Part shown: piece after piece, positions 29,087-39,202 of the stretch | How the letters are laid out: each line of letters opens with the position of its first letter | How positions within the stretch are numbered: the stretch's first letter is position 1 | Assembly: GCA_946998225.1 (NCBI GenBank) | Contig: CAMPYH010000001.1 | Span: 162,428-226,427 of the forward strand | DNA: 64,000 nucleotides | Direction of reading: 5' to 3' | From: an uncultured Clostridiaceae bacterium | GTDB lineage: Bacteria > Bacillota > Clostridia > TANB77 > CAG-508 | The notes under the pieces: generated by a model | The model's database searches: none | Told to the model about the DNA's origin: nothing | Seen by the model: the letters and a program-made list of their open reading frames with translations, nothing else | Program-made: the position numbers and the translations under genes

Positions 29087-29698
29087 ATGTTTGAGTATAT
29101 TATAGGAAAGCCTACAATAATAGAAGATGATAGAATAGTTATTGAAAAAAATGAAATTGGATATATTATTTTTATGTCTGAAAGATCATTAATCGAAACT
29201 AGAGAAAAAATTTCTCAAAAAAAGGAAGAAGATATAAAAATATATACATATATGCAAGTTAGAGAAGACGATATATCTCTTTTTGGATTTGCAAATTATG
29301 AAGAAAAAAAGATGTTTACTAAATTAATATCTGTAAGTAAAATTGGTCCAAAAACAGCAATAGCAATTTTATCTAAGGCAGATCCAATAGAATTTGCAAT
29401 GGCAATTATTAATAATGATATAAATCATATAGCTACATATCCAGGAATTGGTAAAAAGACTGCGGCAAGAATAGTATTAGAACTTCAAGATAAACTAATT
29501 AAAGAAGATATTAATTTTGAAAAAGTTATAAAAGAAGATAATAAAATTGGTGATGATATCATTATGGAAGCAAAGGTTGCATTAAAAGTGTTAGGATTTA
29601 TGACAAGAGATATAGATAAAGTTATAAATAAAGCAGCTGTTGGTTCAAAAAATGCACAAGATATAATAAAAAATGCATTAAAACTATTATCAAAATAA
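29087..29698 (+). CDS. ruvA: Holliday junction branch-migration protein RuvA
   Basis: MFEYIIGKPT... OB-fold N-terminus, helix-hairpin-helix region (SVSKIGPKTAIAIL), C-terminal domain III. GGAG lies 6 nt upstream of ATG 29087. Confidence 0.85.
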   Translation: MFEYIIGKPTIIEDDRIVIEKNEIGYIIFMSERSLIETREKISQKKEEDIKIYTYMQVREDDISLFGFANYEEKKMFTKLISVSKIGPKTAIAILSKADPIEFAMAIINNDINHIATYPGIGKKTAARIVLELQDKLIKEDINFEKVIKEDNKIGDDIIMEAKVALKVLGFMTRDIDKVINKAAVGSKNAQDIIKNALKLLSK

Positions 29699-29714
29699 AT
29701 AAGGAGGGAAAGTT

Positions 29715-30155
29715 ATGGCAAGACAACAAGATTTGTTATATAAAGCTTTAAAAGAAGTTTCAGTTGTTTTAGAGTATACTGATCCAAAACTTAGAGCTAA
29801 AGTTCCAAAAAACTTTGTCTGGTTTATGGAAAACTTTAAAGATGATACATATGATTTTCATATTGATTTAAACAAACCTTTACACGAACAAAATCTTTGT
29901 TATGAATCAATTGTTATACTTTCTATTATTTTAAAATCTGCTTGGTGTGATAAAAGAACTTTTGAACAATTACAAAAAAATTATAGTGTTAATAAAAATG
30001 AATTTATGAGAGATAGGGTAAAGCATAAAGAGAGAATAGATAATGAAATAAGAGCTTTAACTATACCTAAAAAAGAGAGTATTTTTAGAAAAATAGCAAA
30101 TGGTTTAAAAAGCTTATTTGGAAAAAATAAAAATAGGATTTATATACCAAATTAA
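29715..30155 (+). CDS. Hypothetical protein (146 aa), in the position where ruvB would be expected
   Basis: ORF with RBS AAGGAGGG and no recognisable motif. It is not an AAA+ protein. Confidence 0.5.
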   Translation: MARQQDLLYKALKEVSVVLEYTDPKLRAKVPKNFVWFMENFKDDTYDFHIDLNKPLHEQNLCYESIVILSIILKSAWCDKRTFEQLQKNYSVNKNEFMRDRVKHKERIDNEIRALTIPKKESIFRKIANGLKSLFGKNKNRIYIPN

Positions 30156-30206
30156 ATTAAAATAATTAATATAAATAATAAAAAAACAAAAGAAAAAGGA
30201 AAAAAT

Positions 30207-30986
30207 ATGGAATTTAAAAATAAAATAATAATTTTAATTGTAACAATACTTATAGTATCACTATCTGTATTTGGGCTTATCAAACTTTCACTTAAAGCAA
30301 ATGATGCAAAATTAAAAACAGGTATTTTAAATGAACCTAAAAAAGAAAGAGAACAAAGATCAAAAAAAGCACTAGACATAGATTATATGAAAAAAGCCGA
30401 AGAAATGACAAAAGCTCCTAAAAAAGATGAGCAAATTGCTATTATTAAGGTTAAAAACTATGGAGATATTAAATTAAAATTTTTCCCAGAAGTTGCACCA
30501 AAAGCAGTAGAAAATTTCGTAACACATGCAAAAAATGGATATTATAATGGACTTACATTTCATAGAGTTATAAATGATTTTATGATTCAAGGTGGAGATC
30601 CTAAGGGAAATGGAACAGGTGGAAAAAGCATTTGGGGCGAAGGATTTGAAAAAGAAGTTTCAGAGGAGTATTTACCATTAAGAGGTACACTTTCAATGGC
30701 ATCTTCTTCACTTCCAAAATCTTTAGGCAGCCAATTCTTTATAACACAAGCACATTTTAATAAAGAAAAATTAGAAGGAATGAAAAATCTATCACAAAAA
30801 CAACTAGATGTTTATTCTAAATTTGGAGGAATGCCAAGTCTTCATTTAGGATATACAGTATTTGGATATGCATATGAAGGAATGGATGTTGTGGACAAAA
30901 TAGCTGTTACAGAAACAGACGAAAAAACAGACAAACCAGTAAATCCAGTTGTTATAGAAAAAATTGAAATAACTAAGGCAAAATAG
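30207..30986 (+). CDS. Membrane-anchored cyclophilin-type peptidyl-prolyl cis-trans isomerase
   Basis: N-terminal TM/signal anchor, then a cyclophilin core FHRVINDFMIQGGDPKGNGTGG...LSMA. Confidence 0.85.
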   Translation: MEFKNKIIILIVTILIVSLSVFGLIKLSLKANDAKLKTGILNEPKKEREQRSKKALDIDYMKKAEEMTKAPKKDEQIAIIKVKNYGDIKLKFFPEVAPKAVENFVTHAKNGYYNGLTFHRVINDFMIQGGDPKGNGTGGKSIWGEGFEKEVSEEYLPLRGTLSMASSSLPKSLGSQFFITQAHFNKEKLEGMKNLSQKQLDVYSKFGGMPSLHLGYTVFGYAYEGMDVVDKIAVTETDEKTDKPVNPVVIEKIEITKAK

Positions 30987-30996
30987 AAAGAAAAAT

Positions 30997-32247
30997 ATGA
31001 AAGAACCTTTAGCATATAGAATGCGACCAAAAAATATTAAACAAGTAATAGGACAGGATCACGTTTTAGGTGAAAATAAAATACTAGAACGAGCAATTAA
31101 ATCTGACACTATTACTAGTTTAATTTTATATGGACCTCCAGGTGTTGGAAAAACTTCAATAGCTGAAGTTATAGCAAATACAACACAGTATAAATTTCAT
31201 AGATTAAATGCAGTTTCAAGTGGGGTTCAAGATATTAAAGATATTGTTGAAGAAACAAAAAATATTATGTTTAATCCAAAAGGTAAAAGCATTATATTTA
31301 TTGATGAAATTCATAGATTTAATAAAAAACAACAAGACGTTTTATTACCATATGTTGAAAGCGGATTAATTATTTTAATTGGTGCTACTACTGAAAATCC
31401 ATATTACGCCATTAATAAAGCATTAATTTCTAGATCAATGGTAATTGAATTAAAGAAAATAGATGAAAAAGATATTTTAAAAGTTTTAAAAAGAGCCCTT
31501 TTCGAAGATGAAGAATTAAAAAAGCTCAAAATAAATATATCTGAAGATATTTTGAAAAAAATTGCACTAATATCTAATGGAGATGTTAGATTTGCACTTT
31601 CCGGTCTTGAAAGAACAGTATTTTCATCAATGCCTGATGAAAAAGGTGAAATTAATATAACTGATGAAATAATTAAAGAAGCTTTTCAATTAAAAAAGAA
31701 TTATGATAAAACGGGTGAGGAACATTATAATAATATTTCAGCATTTATTAAATCTGTAAGAGGTTCAGATCCAGATGCAGGAATACATTATTTAGCAAAA
31801 ATATTAGAAGCAGGTGAAGATCCGATGTTTGTTGCAAGACGTTTAGTTATTTTAGCATCAGAAGATATTGGGCTTGCAAATCCAGAAGCTTTAAATATTG
31901 CTACAAGTGCATTAATTGCAACTAAAAATATTGGCATGCCTGAAGCAAGAATACCACTTGCAGAAGCTACAATTTATTTGGCTCTTTCTAAGAAATCAAA
32001 TACGGCATATTTAGCAATTAATAAAGCTATAGAGGATCTTAAAACTAGAAATACAGGTGAAGTACCATTATATTTAAGAAATGCAACTTTTGAAGCTGAA
32101 AGGAAAAATGGTGTAGGTGTTGGATATTTATATCCACATGATTATAAAAATGGTAAGGTATCTCAAGAATATTTACCAGAGAAAATACGAGGTACAAAAT
32201 ATTATATAGATAGATGGGGAATGGATTTTAAAGGTGAAAATGAATAG
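30997..32247 (+). CDS. rarA: Replication-associated recombination protein A (RarA/MgsA AAA+ ATPase)
   Basis: MRPKNIKQVIGQDHVLG..., Walker A GPPGVGKTS, Walker B IFIDEIHRFNK, MgsA C-terminal helical domain. Confidence 0.9.
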   Translation: MKEPLAYRMRPKNIKQVIGQDHVLGENKILERAIKSDTITSLILYGPPGVGKTSIAEVIANTTQYKFHRLNAVSSGVQDIKDIVEETKNIMFNPKGKSIIFIDEIHRFNKKQQDVLLPYVESGLIILIGATTENPYYAINKALISRSMVIELKKIDEKDILKVLKRALFEDEELKKLKINISEDILKKIALISNGDVRFALSGLERTVFSSMPDEKGEINITDEIIKEAFQLKKNYDKTGEEHYNNISAFIKSVRGSDPDAGIHYLAKILEAGEDPMFVARRLVILASEDIGLANPEALNIATSALIATKNIGMPEARIPLAEATIYLALSKKSNTAYLAINKAIEDLKTRNTGEVPLYLRNATFEAERKNGVGVGYLYPHDYKNGKVSQEYLPEKIRGTKYYIDRWGMDFKGENE

Positions 32248-33682
32248 AGAAAATGAATATATCAAAAAAATTTTAAAATTTTTTGAAGAAAAACAAATAT
32301 TAATTTTAGGATTAGGTGTAGAAGGAAAATCTGCATTAAAATTTTTATTAGAAAATCTTAAAAATGAAAAAATACAAGTATTTGTTTTAGATAAAAACAA
32401 AGGTGTTAATGATTTAGAAGATATTTTATTAGACTTAAATATTAAAATGGAAAATATAAAAGTTAATTTTAATATGATAGATAAAAATGAATATGAAGAT
32501 ATAATGAAAGATAATTTAGATACTAAATATTCATTTAAAAATCTAGATGTAATATTAAAATCTCCTGGAATTAAAATTGAAGATGAAATTGTTAAGAAAT
32601 ATAATGAGAAAATATATTCACAAATAGAAATATTTTTAAAATATTTTAAAGGAATAACAATTGGTGTAACAGGAACAAAAGGAAAAAGTACAACATCATC
32701 ACTTATTCACTTTATACTTACTGAATGTGGATACAAAAGTCATTTATTAGGAAATATCGGAAACCCTGTTTTTAATGAATTAGATGATATAAGTGAAAAA
32801 GATTTTGCAGTTATTGAACTTTCATCTTTTGCACTTGAATTTATTGATTCACCTACAACAATTGCAGCAATTACAAATATTTTTGTTGCACACATAGATT
32901 ACCATAAAGAATTGGAACAATATATTGATGCAAAATTAAAAATATTTAAAAATATAGATAATAGCATTAAAAACAAAACAGCTAATGAAAAAGTTATTGA
33001 AGCAAATTTAAAACATATAAATAAATATGTTGGGGAAGTAACAGAAAATTTCGAAAAAGCAAAATATTTAGAAGATTATATAAATGTAGCAGAAAAAAAT
33101 ATAAATATACCAGAATCTAATTTATTAGGTGATCACAATAAAGTAAATATAAGATTAGTTAAAGATATTATATTAAATTTAAGAGAATTAGGTTTTGAAA
33201 AAATAACTGAAAAAAATGTAGATGATGCAATAGAAAAATTTAAAGGATTAAAACATAGATTAGAAATTGTATATCAAGATGAAAATGTAAGATATATAAA
33301 TGATTCTATTGCAACTGTACCAGAAAGTACTATAAATGGAATAAAAGCTGTAACTGATCTTGAAACAATTATTTTAGGTGGTGATGATAAAATGCTACCT
33401 ACAGAGGTTTTAATAGACTTTATAAATGGTTTGGACAATACTACTTTAAAAAACATTATACTTCTTCCAGATTCAGGAGAAAGAATAAAAGATAAGTTTA
33501 ATAAAAACTTTAATATATTAATGGCTGAAAATGTAAGAGATGCTGTAATAAAGGCAAATAGCATCCATGAAAAAGGAAGTATATTATTATCTCCTGCTGC
33601 AAGAAGTTATGGACATTACAAAAATTTTGAAGACAGAGGAGATCAATTTAAAGACGAAGTATTAAAAAGTTTAAATAAATAA
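32234..33682 (+). CDS. murD: UDP-N-acetylmuramoylalanine--D-glutamate ligase (MurD-like Mur ligase)
   Basis: N-terminal Rossmann ILILGLGVEGKS; Mur ligase P-loop GVTGTKGKSTT; C-terminal domain. It overlaps the rarA stop. Confidence 0.65.
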   Translation: MKMNRENEYIKKILKFFEEKQILILGLGVEGKSALKFLLENLKNEKIQVFVLDKNKGVNDLEDILLDLNIKMENIKVNFNMIDKNEYEDIMKDNLDTKYSFKNLDVILKSPGIKIEDEIVKKYNEKIYSQIEIFLKYFKGITIGVTGTKGKSTTSSLIHFILTECGYKSHLLGNIGNPVFNELDDISEKDFAVIELSSFALEFIDSPTTIAAITNIFVAHIDYHKELEQYIDAKLKIFKNIDNSIKNKTANEKVIEANLKHINKYVGEVTENFEKAKYLEDYINVAEKNINIPESNLLGDHNKVNIRLVKDIILNLRELGFEKITEKNVDDAIEKFKGLKHRLEIVYQDENVRYINDSIATVPESTINGIKAVTDLETIILGGDDKMLPTEVLIDFINGLDNTTLKNIILLPDSGERIKDKFNKNFNILMAENVRDAVIKANSIHEKGSILLSPAARSYGHYKNFEDRGDQFKDEVLKSLNK

Positions 33683-33790
33683 TTAAAAAGAAAGATAATT
33701 TATTACAATTATATTTGTTTATGAGATGTTTAATGAAAAAACATCTCTATTTTTATATATTTATTATGAGATATTGTATAAGAGGAAATA

Positions 33791-36700
33791 ATGTATAAGA
33801 AAAATAAACAAAGAAAAAGAATTATATCTACTTTAATTCTTACCATATATATATTGTTTGGAACATTAAATTTATTTACATATGCAGAAAATAATAATTA
33901 TGAAAAAGAAAATTTAAAAAACACTCTAAGTTTAAATAACATAGAAGCATATGTAAAAACATATAATGATTCCGAATTTGTAAGAAGTAAATCAACCAAA
34001 GATTCAACTCAAGATATTGTAAGTGAAATCTATCTTCCTTCAAATTATGAATATGGGAAAGACGATAGAATAAAGATAAATAAAAGATATCAAGAGGAGT
34101 TAGGACTTTGCTGGGCTTTTTCATCAATAAATGTAATTGAAACTTCAGCACAAAAACAATTAGGAGTTAGCTCAAATGAAGTTCTTTCAAGAAGATACTT
34201 AGACTATATATCTTCTAATACAATAAAAGGTAATTTATATAAAACAGGAAGACCGCTTGGTTATGGAAGCGAGCTTCAAATGGGAATTGCATATGGAGTA
34301 AATGGATCTGGACTTGTTTATGAAAAAGATTTTCCTATGCATTATGAGAATAAACAACTTTCTTTAAATGATTTGAAATTGCCTAAAGCACCATATAATG
34401 TAAAAGATTTTAAAGTATTTGATAAAATTACAAAAAAATATAGAAACGGAAAAATAAGATACTATTTAAATAATGAAGATGTAAGAGAATTGCACAGTAA
34501 AGAAATTGGAAATATTAGAAAAAAGATTAAAGAACATGTTATGACAAAAGGTGCAGTAGCTACAAAAATATTTGTAAAAGAAGGACGTACAGGAAAAGAA
34601 TTTTATTCAGGAACAGGAAAGCATTTATTTATACATCCAGAAAATCCTGTAACAGTAAATCATGCAGTAACTATTGTAGGTTGGGATGATAATATTTCTA
34701 AAGAATTATTTAGAGATCCAATTAGTAAAAAAACACCAGAAAATAATGGAGCTTGGATTATTGAAGATACAAGAGGAGGACTTCCAAGAGGTCTTCAAAG
34801 AGATGATACAAGATATTATGTTTCATATGATAGTGTAAATGTTGAATCATCATACTTAATTGGTGTTGAGTCTATGAGAAGAGTAAATAATTCAACTGAA
34901 AAAACATACACAGATTATTCTTGGGGACCAAATGCTGGAATTGGAATATCTGGACAAAATGGATCAGAAATAAAATCTGTTGAACTTGTAAAGGTATTTG
35001 AAAAAACTGAAGATACACTTGAAAGAATAAAAGGTGTAGGAATATATACGAGTGAACCTGTAGATGTTGAAGTTGCAGTTATACCAGTTTTAAGATTTCA
35101 AGGAAAGCAAATTGATGCATTAAGTAGAGATAATACAAGTTATATTAATAAAAAATTTAGTTTAATTAATGATGGATATAGTTATTTAGATATATCAGAT
35201 ATTGAAAATAATAAAATAACTGCAAAAAACGGTGAGAAATTTGCAATAAAACTTAAATATACATCACAATCAAATGGTGTATTAATCGGTGTAGATGTTA
35301 AAAGACCACTTAATGCAGGACCAGAAATAACTAAAATTAGTATGGAAAAAGAATTTAAGCCAGATACATCATATTTAAGAATAAATAATTCAGATAATGT
35401 TTATGGAAATAATGAAGGATTCTTATCATTATATGGAACAGAAGGATCAGAATTAAGAATAGATAATTTATCTCGTGAAAAGAAATTACCAATAAATGTT
35501 TATGCAGAGAGTGCAGAACAATTTGATGTATGTTTTGATCTTAATGGAGGTATAGGAAATGCTCCTTCACAAAAGGTAGGTAAATACCAAAAAGCACAAA
35601 GACCATCTGATCCAGTAAAAAAAGGATATATATTTAAAGGATGGACGCCAGATATAAATGAAAAAATAATAAGAAACACAACTTTTAAGGCAATTTGGGA
35701 AAAAGATAATACACAAATACAATATAGAGTAAGTTTTGACTTAAAAGGTGGAAATATTGATGGAAATAGAGATATAAATCCAATTCAAGTTAAGGCAGGA
35801 GAAATCATAAAAATAATAAAAGATCCAACAAAAGAAGGATATACTTTTATAGGATGGTTTCCAGATATCAAAAAGCCAATAAACAGTAATACAACATTTC
35901 AGGCTTTATGGAGCAAAAATCCAGATGAAAAGATTAAACATAGAGTAAGTTTCGATTTACAAGGTGGAATTGGAAACTATGGTTCTTTTGATGTTGAAGA
36001 TGGCACAATATTACAAAAACCAAAAGATCCAAGTAGATCAGAATATATATTCTCACATTGGGAACCAGATATAACAAAACCAATAAGAAAAGATACTGAA
36101 TTTAAAGCAATATGGTTACCTAAAGACGTAGGTTTTACTTTAAAATATAATATTGAATCTAAATCAGATTTAATTAAAGTAATACCATATGGTAAAAAAC
36201 CAAGTGAATATCTAAACGATTTTGAAAAAAATCCTAAAAAGGAAGGATATATATTTTTAGGTTGGGAGCCTAGCTTAGATGAACCTTTATTAGATAAATA
36301 TACTGTTTTTGAAGCTAAGTGGAAAAAGGAACCTAAAGGTGAGGCCTTAATTAGTTTTTATTCAGATCGAGGAAGATTATATAAACAAAAAAGTATTAAG
36401 ATAGATGAAAAGGTTACTAAAGAATTCCTTGAAGAAGTAGGAGAACCTACAAAAGATAAGTATGAATTTATTGGTTGGGATTATGATTTTTCAAAAGCGA
36501 TTACAGAAGATGTAAATATTTTTGCAAAATGGACTGAGGAATTAGAAGACGAAGTAAAAATAGATTTTGATTTAAATGGAGGATATTTCTTTTTAAACTC
36601 AACACTTACATATAGTAAAAAAAGAAATGAATCTTTTAGTGATTGGTTAGATAAAATGCTTGAAATTACAGGACAAAGTATAAATCAAAAAGTGCCAAGT

Positions 36701-37405
36701 AAAAAAGGATATACATTTGTTTGTTGGGTAGATAAAAGCACAAATATAAGATATCCAAATACAAAAGAATTAAAAAATAAATATGAATTAAAAGCAGTTT
36801 GGACAGATGAAGATAAATACAAGAATATTGAAGATATAATAAACGATGCATACAAGAAATTTGATGCAAAAGATGAAGAAAGTAAAATAGAAGATATAAA
36901 TCAATTTATTCTAAATAAAAACAATTCAGAAAATAATAACAACAAAGGAAATACAATTTCTGGAGAAAATCAAACAAATAACGGTAATAGCACTAATCCA
37001 AATCAAAATAATTATAATAAAAACAACTATGAAAACAGGAATGAAAATAATAATCAAAATAGAGATATAAATAGAAATACAAATAGAAATACAAATAGAA
37101 ATACAAATGTAAATAATCAACAATATGGAAGAGAACGAGAAAAAAGCTATTCAAGGCCAATGACATTCTATGAACCAATGGGAAGAGAAAATAGAAAAGA
37201 GACAAATAGTTTAGAAATAAATAATCCAAATAGAGAAAGTGAAAGAGAAAAATACAAAAAACCAGAAACAGGAAATCCTAAAGCTGGACTTCAATCTAAT
37301 TTAAAAGTATACATGGGCATGATATTATTAACTATTATTTCAATTTATTATGGATTTAAAATATTTAGAATAAACAAAACAAATAAAAGAAAAAATATAT
37401 ATTAA
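33791..37405 (+). CDS. Large secreted/cell-surface protein: papain-like C1 peptidase domain, 6-7 Listeria-Bacteroides repeat domains, low-complexity N-rich region, C-terminal PETG-hydrophobic-basic tail
   Basis: Signal peptide. Catalytic triad: Cys CWAFSS, His NHAVTIVGWDD, Asn NGAWI. Repeated FDLNGG...GY(T/I)F(I/K)GW(T/F)PD units. The C-terminus is KPETGNPKAG...MGMILLTIISIYYGF KIFRINKTNKRKN. Confidence 0.75.
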   Translation: MYKKNKQRKRIISTLILTIYILFGTLNLFTYAENNNYEKENLKNTLSLNNIEAYVKTYNDSEFVRSKSTKDSTQDIVSEIYLPSNYEYGKDDRIKINKRYQEELGLCWAFSSINVIETSAQKQLGVSSNEVLSRRYLDYISSNTIKGNLYKTGRPLGYGSELQMGIAYGVNGSGLVYEKDFPMHYENKQLSLNDLKLPKAPYNVKDFKVFDKITKKYRNGKIRYYLNNEDVRELHSKEIGNIRKKIKEHVMTKGAVATKIFVKEGRTGKEFYSGTGKHLFIHPENPVTVNHAVTIVGWDDNISKELFRDPISKKTPENNGAWIIEDTRGGLPRGLQRDDTRYYVSYDSVNVESSYLIGVESMRRVNNSTEKTYTDYSWGPNAGIGISGQNGSEIKSVELVKVFEKTEDTLERIKGVGIYTSEPVDVEVAVIPVLRFQGKQIDALSRDNTSYINKKFSLINDGYSYLDISDIENNKITAKNGEKFAIKLKYTSQSNGVLIGVDVKRPLNAGPEITKISMEKEFKPDTSYLRINNSDNVYGNNEGFLSLYGTEGSELRIDNLSREKKLPINVYAESAEQFDVCFDLNGGIGNAPSQKVGKYQKAQRPSDPVKKGYIFKGWTPDINEKIIRNTTFKAIWEKDNTQIQYRVSFDLKGGNIDGNRDINPIQVKAGEIIKIIKDPTKEGYTFIGWFPDIKKPINSNTTFQALWSKNPDEKIKHRVSFDLQGGIGNYGSFDVEDGTILQKPKDPSRSEYIFSHWEPDITKPIRKDTEFKAIWLPKDVGFTLKYNIESKSDLIKVIPYGKKPSEYLNDFEKNPKKEGYIFLGWEPSLDEPLLDKYTVFEAKWKKEPKGEALISFYSDRGRLYKQKSIKIDEKVTKEFLEEVGEPTKDKYEFIGWDYDFSKAITEDVNIFAKWTEELEDEVKIDFDLNGGYFFLNSTLTYSKKRNESFSDWLDKMLEITGQSINQKVPSKKGYTFVCWVDKSTNIRYPNTKELKNKYELKAVWTDEDKYKNIEDIINDAYKKFDAKDEESKIEDINQFILNKNNSENNNNKGNTISGENQTNNGNSTNPNQNNYNKNNYENRNENNNQNRDINRNTNRNTNRNTNVNNQQYGREREKSYSRPMTFYEPMGRENRKETNSLEINNPNRESEREKYKKPETGNPKAGLQSNLKVYMGMILLTIISIYYGFKIFRINKTNKRKNIY
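37066..37108. repeat. Tandem 12-bp repeat (AATAGAAATACA ×3.5) encoding an (NRNT)n tract inside the surface-protein gene
   Basis: Direct reading. The protein has RNTNRNTNRNTN here. Confidence 0.8.
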
Positions 37406-37406
37406 A

Positions 37407-37437
37407 AAGATGCACAAATAGTGCATCTTTATTATTT
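37407..37437 (+). terminator. Rho-independent terminator after the surface-protein gene
   Basis: AAGATGCAC-aaata-GTGCATCTT followed by TATTATTT. Confidence 0.75.
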
Positions 37438-37480
37438 ATATAAAATGAAAAATAAAATAAAAAAAGCTTTATAACACAAA

Positions 37481-37503
37481 GATTATAAGGCTTAAATATT
37501 GGT
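37481..37503. repeat. Direct repeat copy 1 (23 bp, GATTATAAGGCTTAAATATTGGT), identical to the tRNA-Arg 3' flank plus the first 4 nt of the tRNA 3' end
   Basis: Exact 23/23 match to 39107-39129. Confidence 0.85.
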
Positions 37504-37636
37504 CACTAATTCAAAAATGGTAAAAAAATAAAAGCTATAAAAAAATATTAAATTTCTTAATTATTAAAAGAAGAAGTAAGGATAAATTAGATATGGATTT
37601 AAATTTATTAGTAGATTATTAAACTAACGATTAAAA

Positions 37637-37727
37637 TTTGACATAATGAAGTTAAGACAAATATAATATAAATATCTCATGGAATTTCACTATTCCTGAA
37701 AGAGTAGTTTTGTGCTACTCTTTTTAT
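37637..37727 (+). ncRNA. Candidate small RNA (~55 nt): consensus promoter followed closely by an intrinsic terminator, with no ORF longer than 6 codons
   Basis: TTGACA(37637-42) - 18 nt - TATAAT(37661-66). Transcript region 37673-37727 has an internal hairpin GGAAT-ttcact-ATTCC and a terminator GAGTAG-ttttgtg-CTACTC plus TTTTTATT. Confidence 0.35.
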
Positions 37728-38033
37728 TATGGAAAGTAAAAGTCAAGAAAAGAAAAAATTATATTTTTAGAAAATCAGATATTGAATTATCAAAGCATTT
37801 TTATTAAATTATAATCAAAGGATTGAAAAAACAATTTAAGTGATAATGAAATAATTGATTTTATAAAAAACACTAAAATTAACTATGTTGAATTAAAGAA
37901 TATGAAAAATGTAAGGTACGGGGGAATATAAAGGTTTATATATAAGAGTTATATCAAATAAAGCGAATACAGAACAAATATCTATTAGTTTTAACAAGAC
38001 TGATGTATCAATAACAAAGGAGAAAAATAATTT

Positions 38034-38300
38034 ATGGGAAAAAAAGAATACTTAGACATGATAATGTTATATATTTTAAAAAAAATTAAAACTATTGATG
38101 AAATAGTTGATTTTTATGATGAAATAGTTCTTCAAGCCCCTTATAATGAAAAAGATAATGTATTCAGAAAATTTCTGCTTGAATTAGACGATTTATCAGA
38201 AGAGTTCGAATATACGGAAGATATAAATGAATTAAAAAAATATGATGTAAAACTTATTAAGATAATGAAAAAATATAATTACTTAAAAGACACTAAATAG
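38034..38300 (+). CDS. Small acidic protein (88 aa), member of a local family of (K)LLKKY-motif proteins
   Basis: ORF with an RBS AAAGGAGAAAAATAATTT-ATG; C-terminal ELKKYDVKLIKIMKKYNYLKD. Confidence 0.5.
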   Translation: MGKKEYLDMIMLYILKKIKTIDEIVDFYDEIVLQAPYNEKDNVFRKFLLELDDLSEEFEYTEDINELKKYDVKLIKIMKKYNYLKDTK

Positions 38301-38602
38301 TATCTTTTTATTTCAATAATTGATTTGATTAATTAAAAAAAATTAGGAGCTTTTTTAGATCGAAGAATGAAAAAAGCGAACGAAAACAGAGAAGAAAAAA
38401 CAAGAATGCAATTTGAATTGAGTCAGATTGCAGAGAATGAAAAGAAAGACAAGTGAACAGTAAAAGTTGGAATAGCAAAAAAGATAGCTAAAAAAAAGAA
38501 AAGCATGTTTATAGGCGTGAGCCGGTATATCAAACAATATGGTGACAACAAATATAAAGATGGGGAATCTAATACAAGTTAGTCCACGTACTAAGAGGTA
38601 AA

Positions 38603-38800
38603 ATGAAATTAACAGAAAAGCAAATTAAGTTGTTAAAAAAATATGAAGTTAATTATAAAGTTGAAGATATAGATAATCTATTGATTAACATTGATTTAAT
38701 AATGACTAAATATTTAGATGAAAATGATGAGCCTACTGAAGATTTTCTCATTTTAGAAAAATTATATGATGAAATATATGATTCGGAAGATGCTAAATAG
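38603..38800 (+). CDS. Small acidic protein (65 aa), paralog-like to 38034
   Basis: RBS AAGAGG upstream; N-terminal KQIKLLKKYEVNYKVEDI resembles the C-terminus of the 38034 product; acidic DE-rich C-terminus. Confidence 0.45.
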   Translation: MKLTEKQIKLLKKYEVNYKVEDIDNLLINIDLIMTKYLDENDEPTEDFLILEKLYDEIYDSEDAK

Positions 38801-39027
38801 TGTCTTTTTTTATGGCCGAAACATGAAAAATATCTAATATATTAAATGGAGAAAAGATATAATAATATAAGGAAAATATGAATATAGAAAATGAAATAAA
38901 AGAGATAAAAAAAGAAATTGATTCTTTAAAAGAAGAGATAACTTTATGAAAGCGGGAAAAGAAGAAACACCTAAAAGAAAATTTTTTGGTACAGATAATT
39001 AATTAAATTTGAAAATCATATAACTCT

Positions 39028-39056
39028 AAAGAGAGTTTAGTCTCTCTTTTTTATTT
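39028..39056 (+). terminator. Hairpin terminator immediately preceding repeat copy DR2a
   Basis: AAAGAGAG-tttagt-CTCTCTTT followed by TTTTATTT. Confidence 0.55.
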
Positions 39057-39057
39057 C

Positions 39058-39083
39058 TAACTACTGACCAACCACTGACAAAA
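39058..39083. repeat. 26-bp direct repeat DR2 copy a (TAACTACTGACCAACCACTGACAAAA)
   Basis: 24/26 identical to 40152-40177; both follow a hairpin terminator. Confidence 0.8.
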
Positions 39084-39106
39084 AAATTAAACCTTACAAC
39101 CGCAAG

Positions 39107-39125
39107 GATTATAAGGCTTAAATAT

Positions 39126-39129
<4 letters not shown>
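39107..39129. repeat. Direct repeat copy 2 (23 bp), which overlaps the 3' end of tRNA-Arg by 4 nt
   Basis: Exact match to 37481-37503. Confidence 0.85.

Positions 39130-39202
<73 letters not shown>

Noticed and set aside
37915-38040. 45-codon stop-free stretch reading GTGEYKGLYIRVISNKANTEQISISFNKTDVSITKEK upstream of the 38034 ORF; suspected integrase or other gene remnant.
   Set aside because: It has no start codon and is out of frame with the 38034 ORF. I could not assign similarity to a known family from memory. It is noted only as a possible pseudogene fragment inside the island.
38355-38537. Minus-strand 60-aa ORF and a plus-strand 29-codon ORF (MKKANENREEK...) in the island.
   Set aside because: Both lack an RBS at correct spacing. 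The region reads as decayed, non-coding AT-rich DNA.
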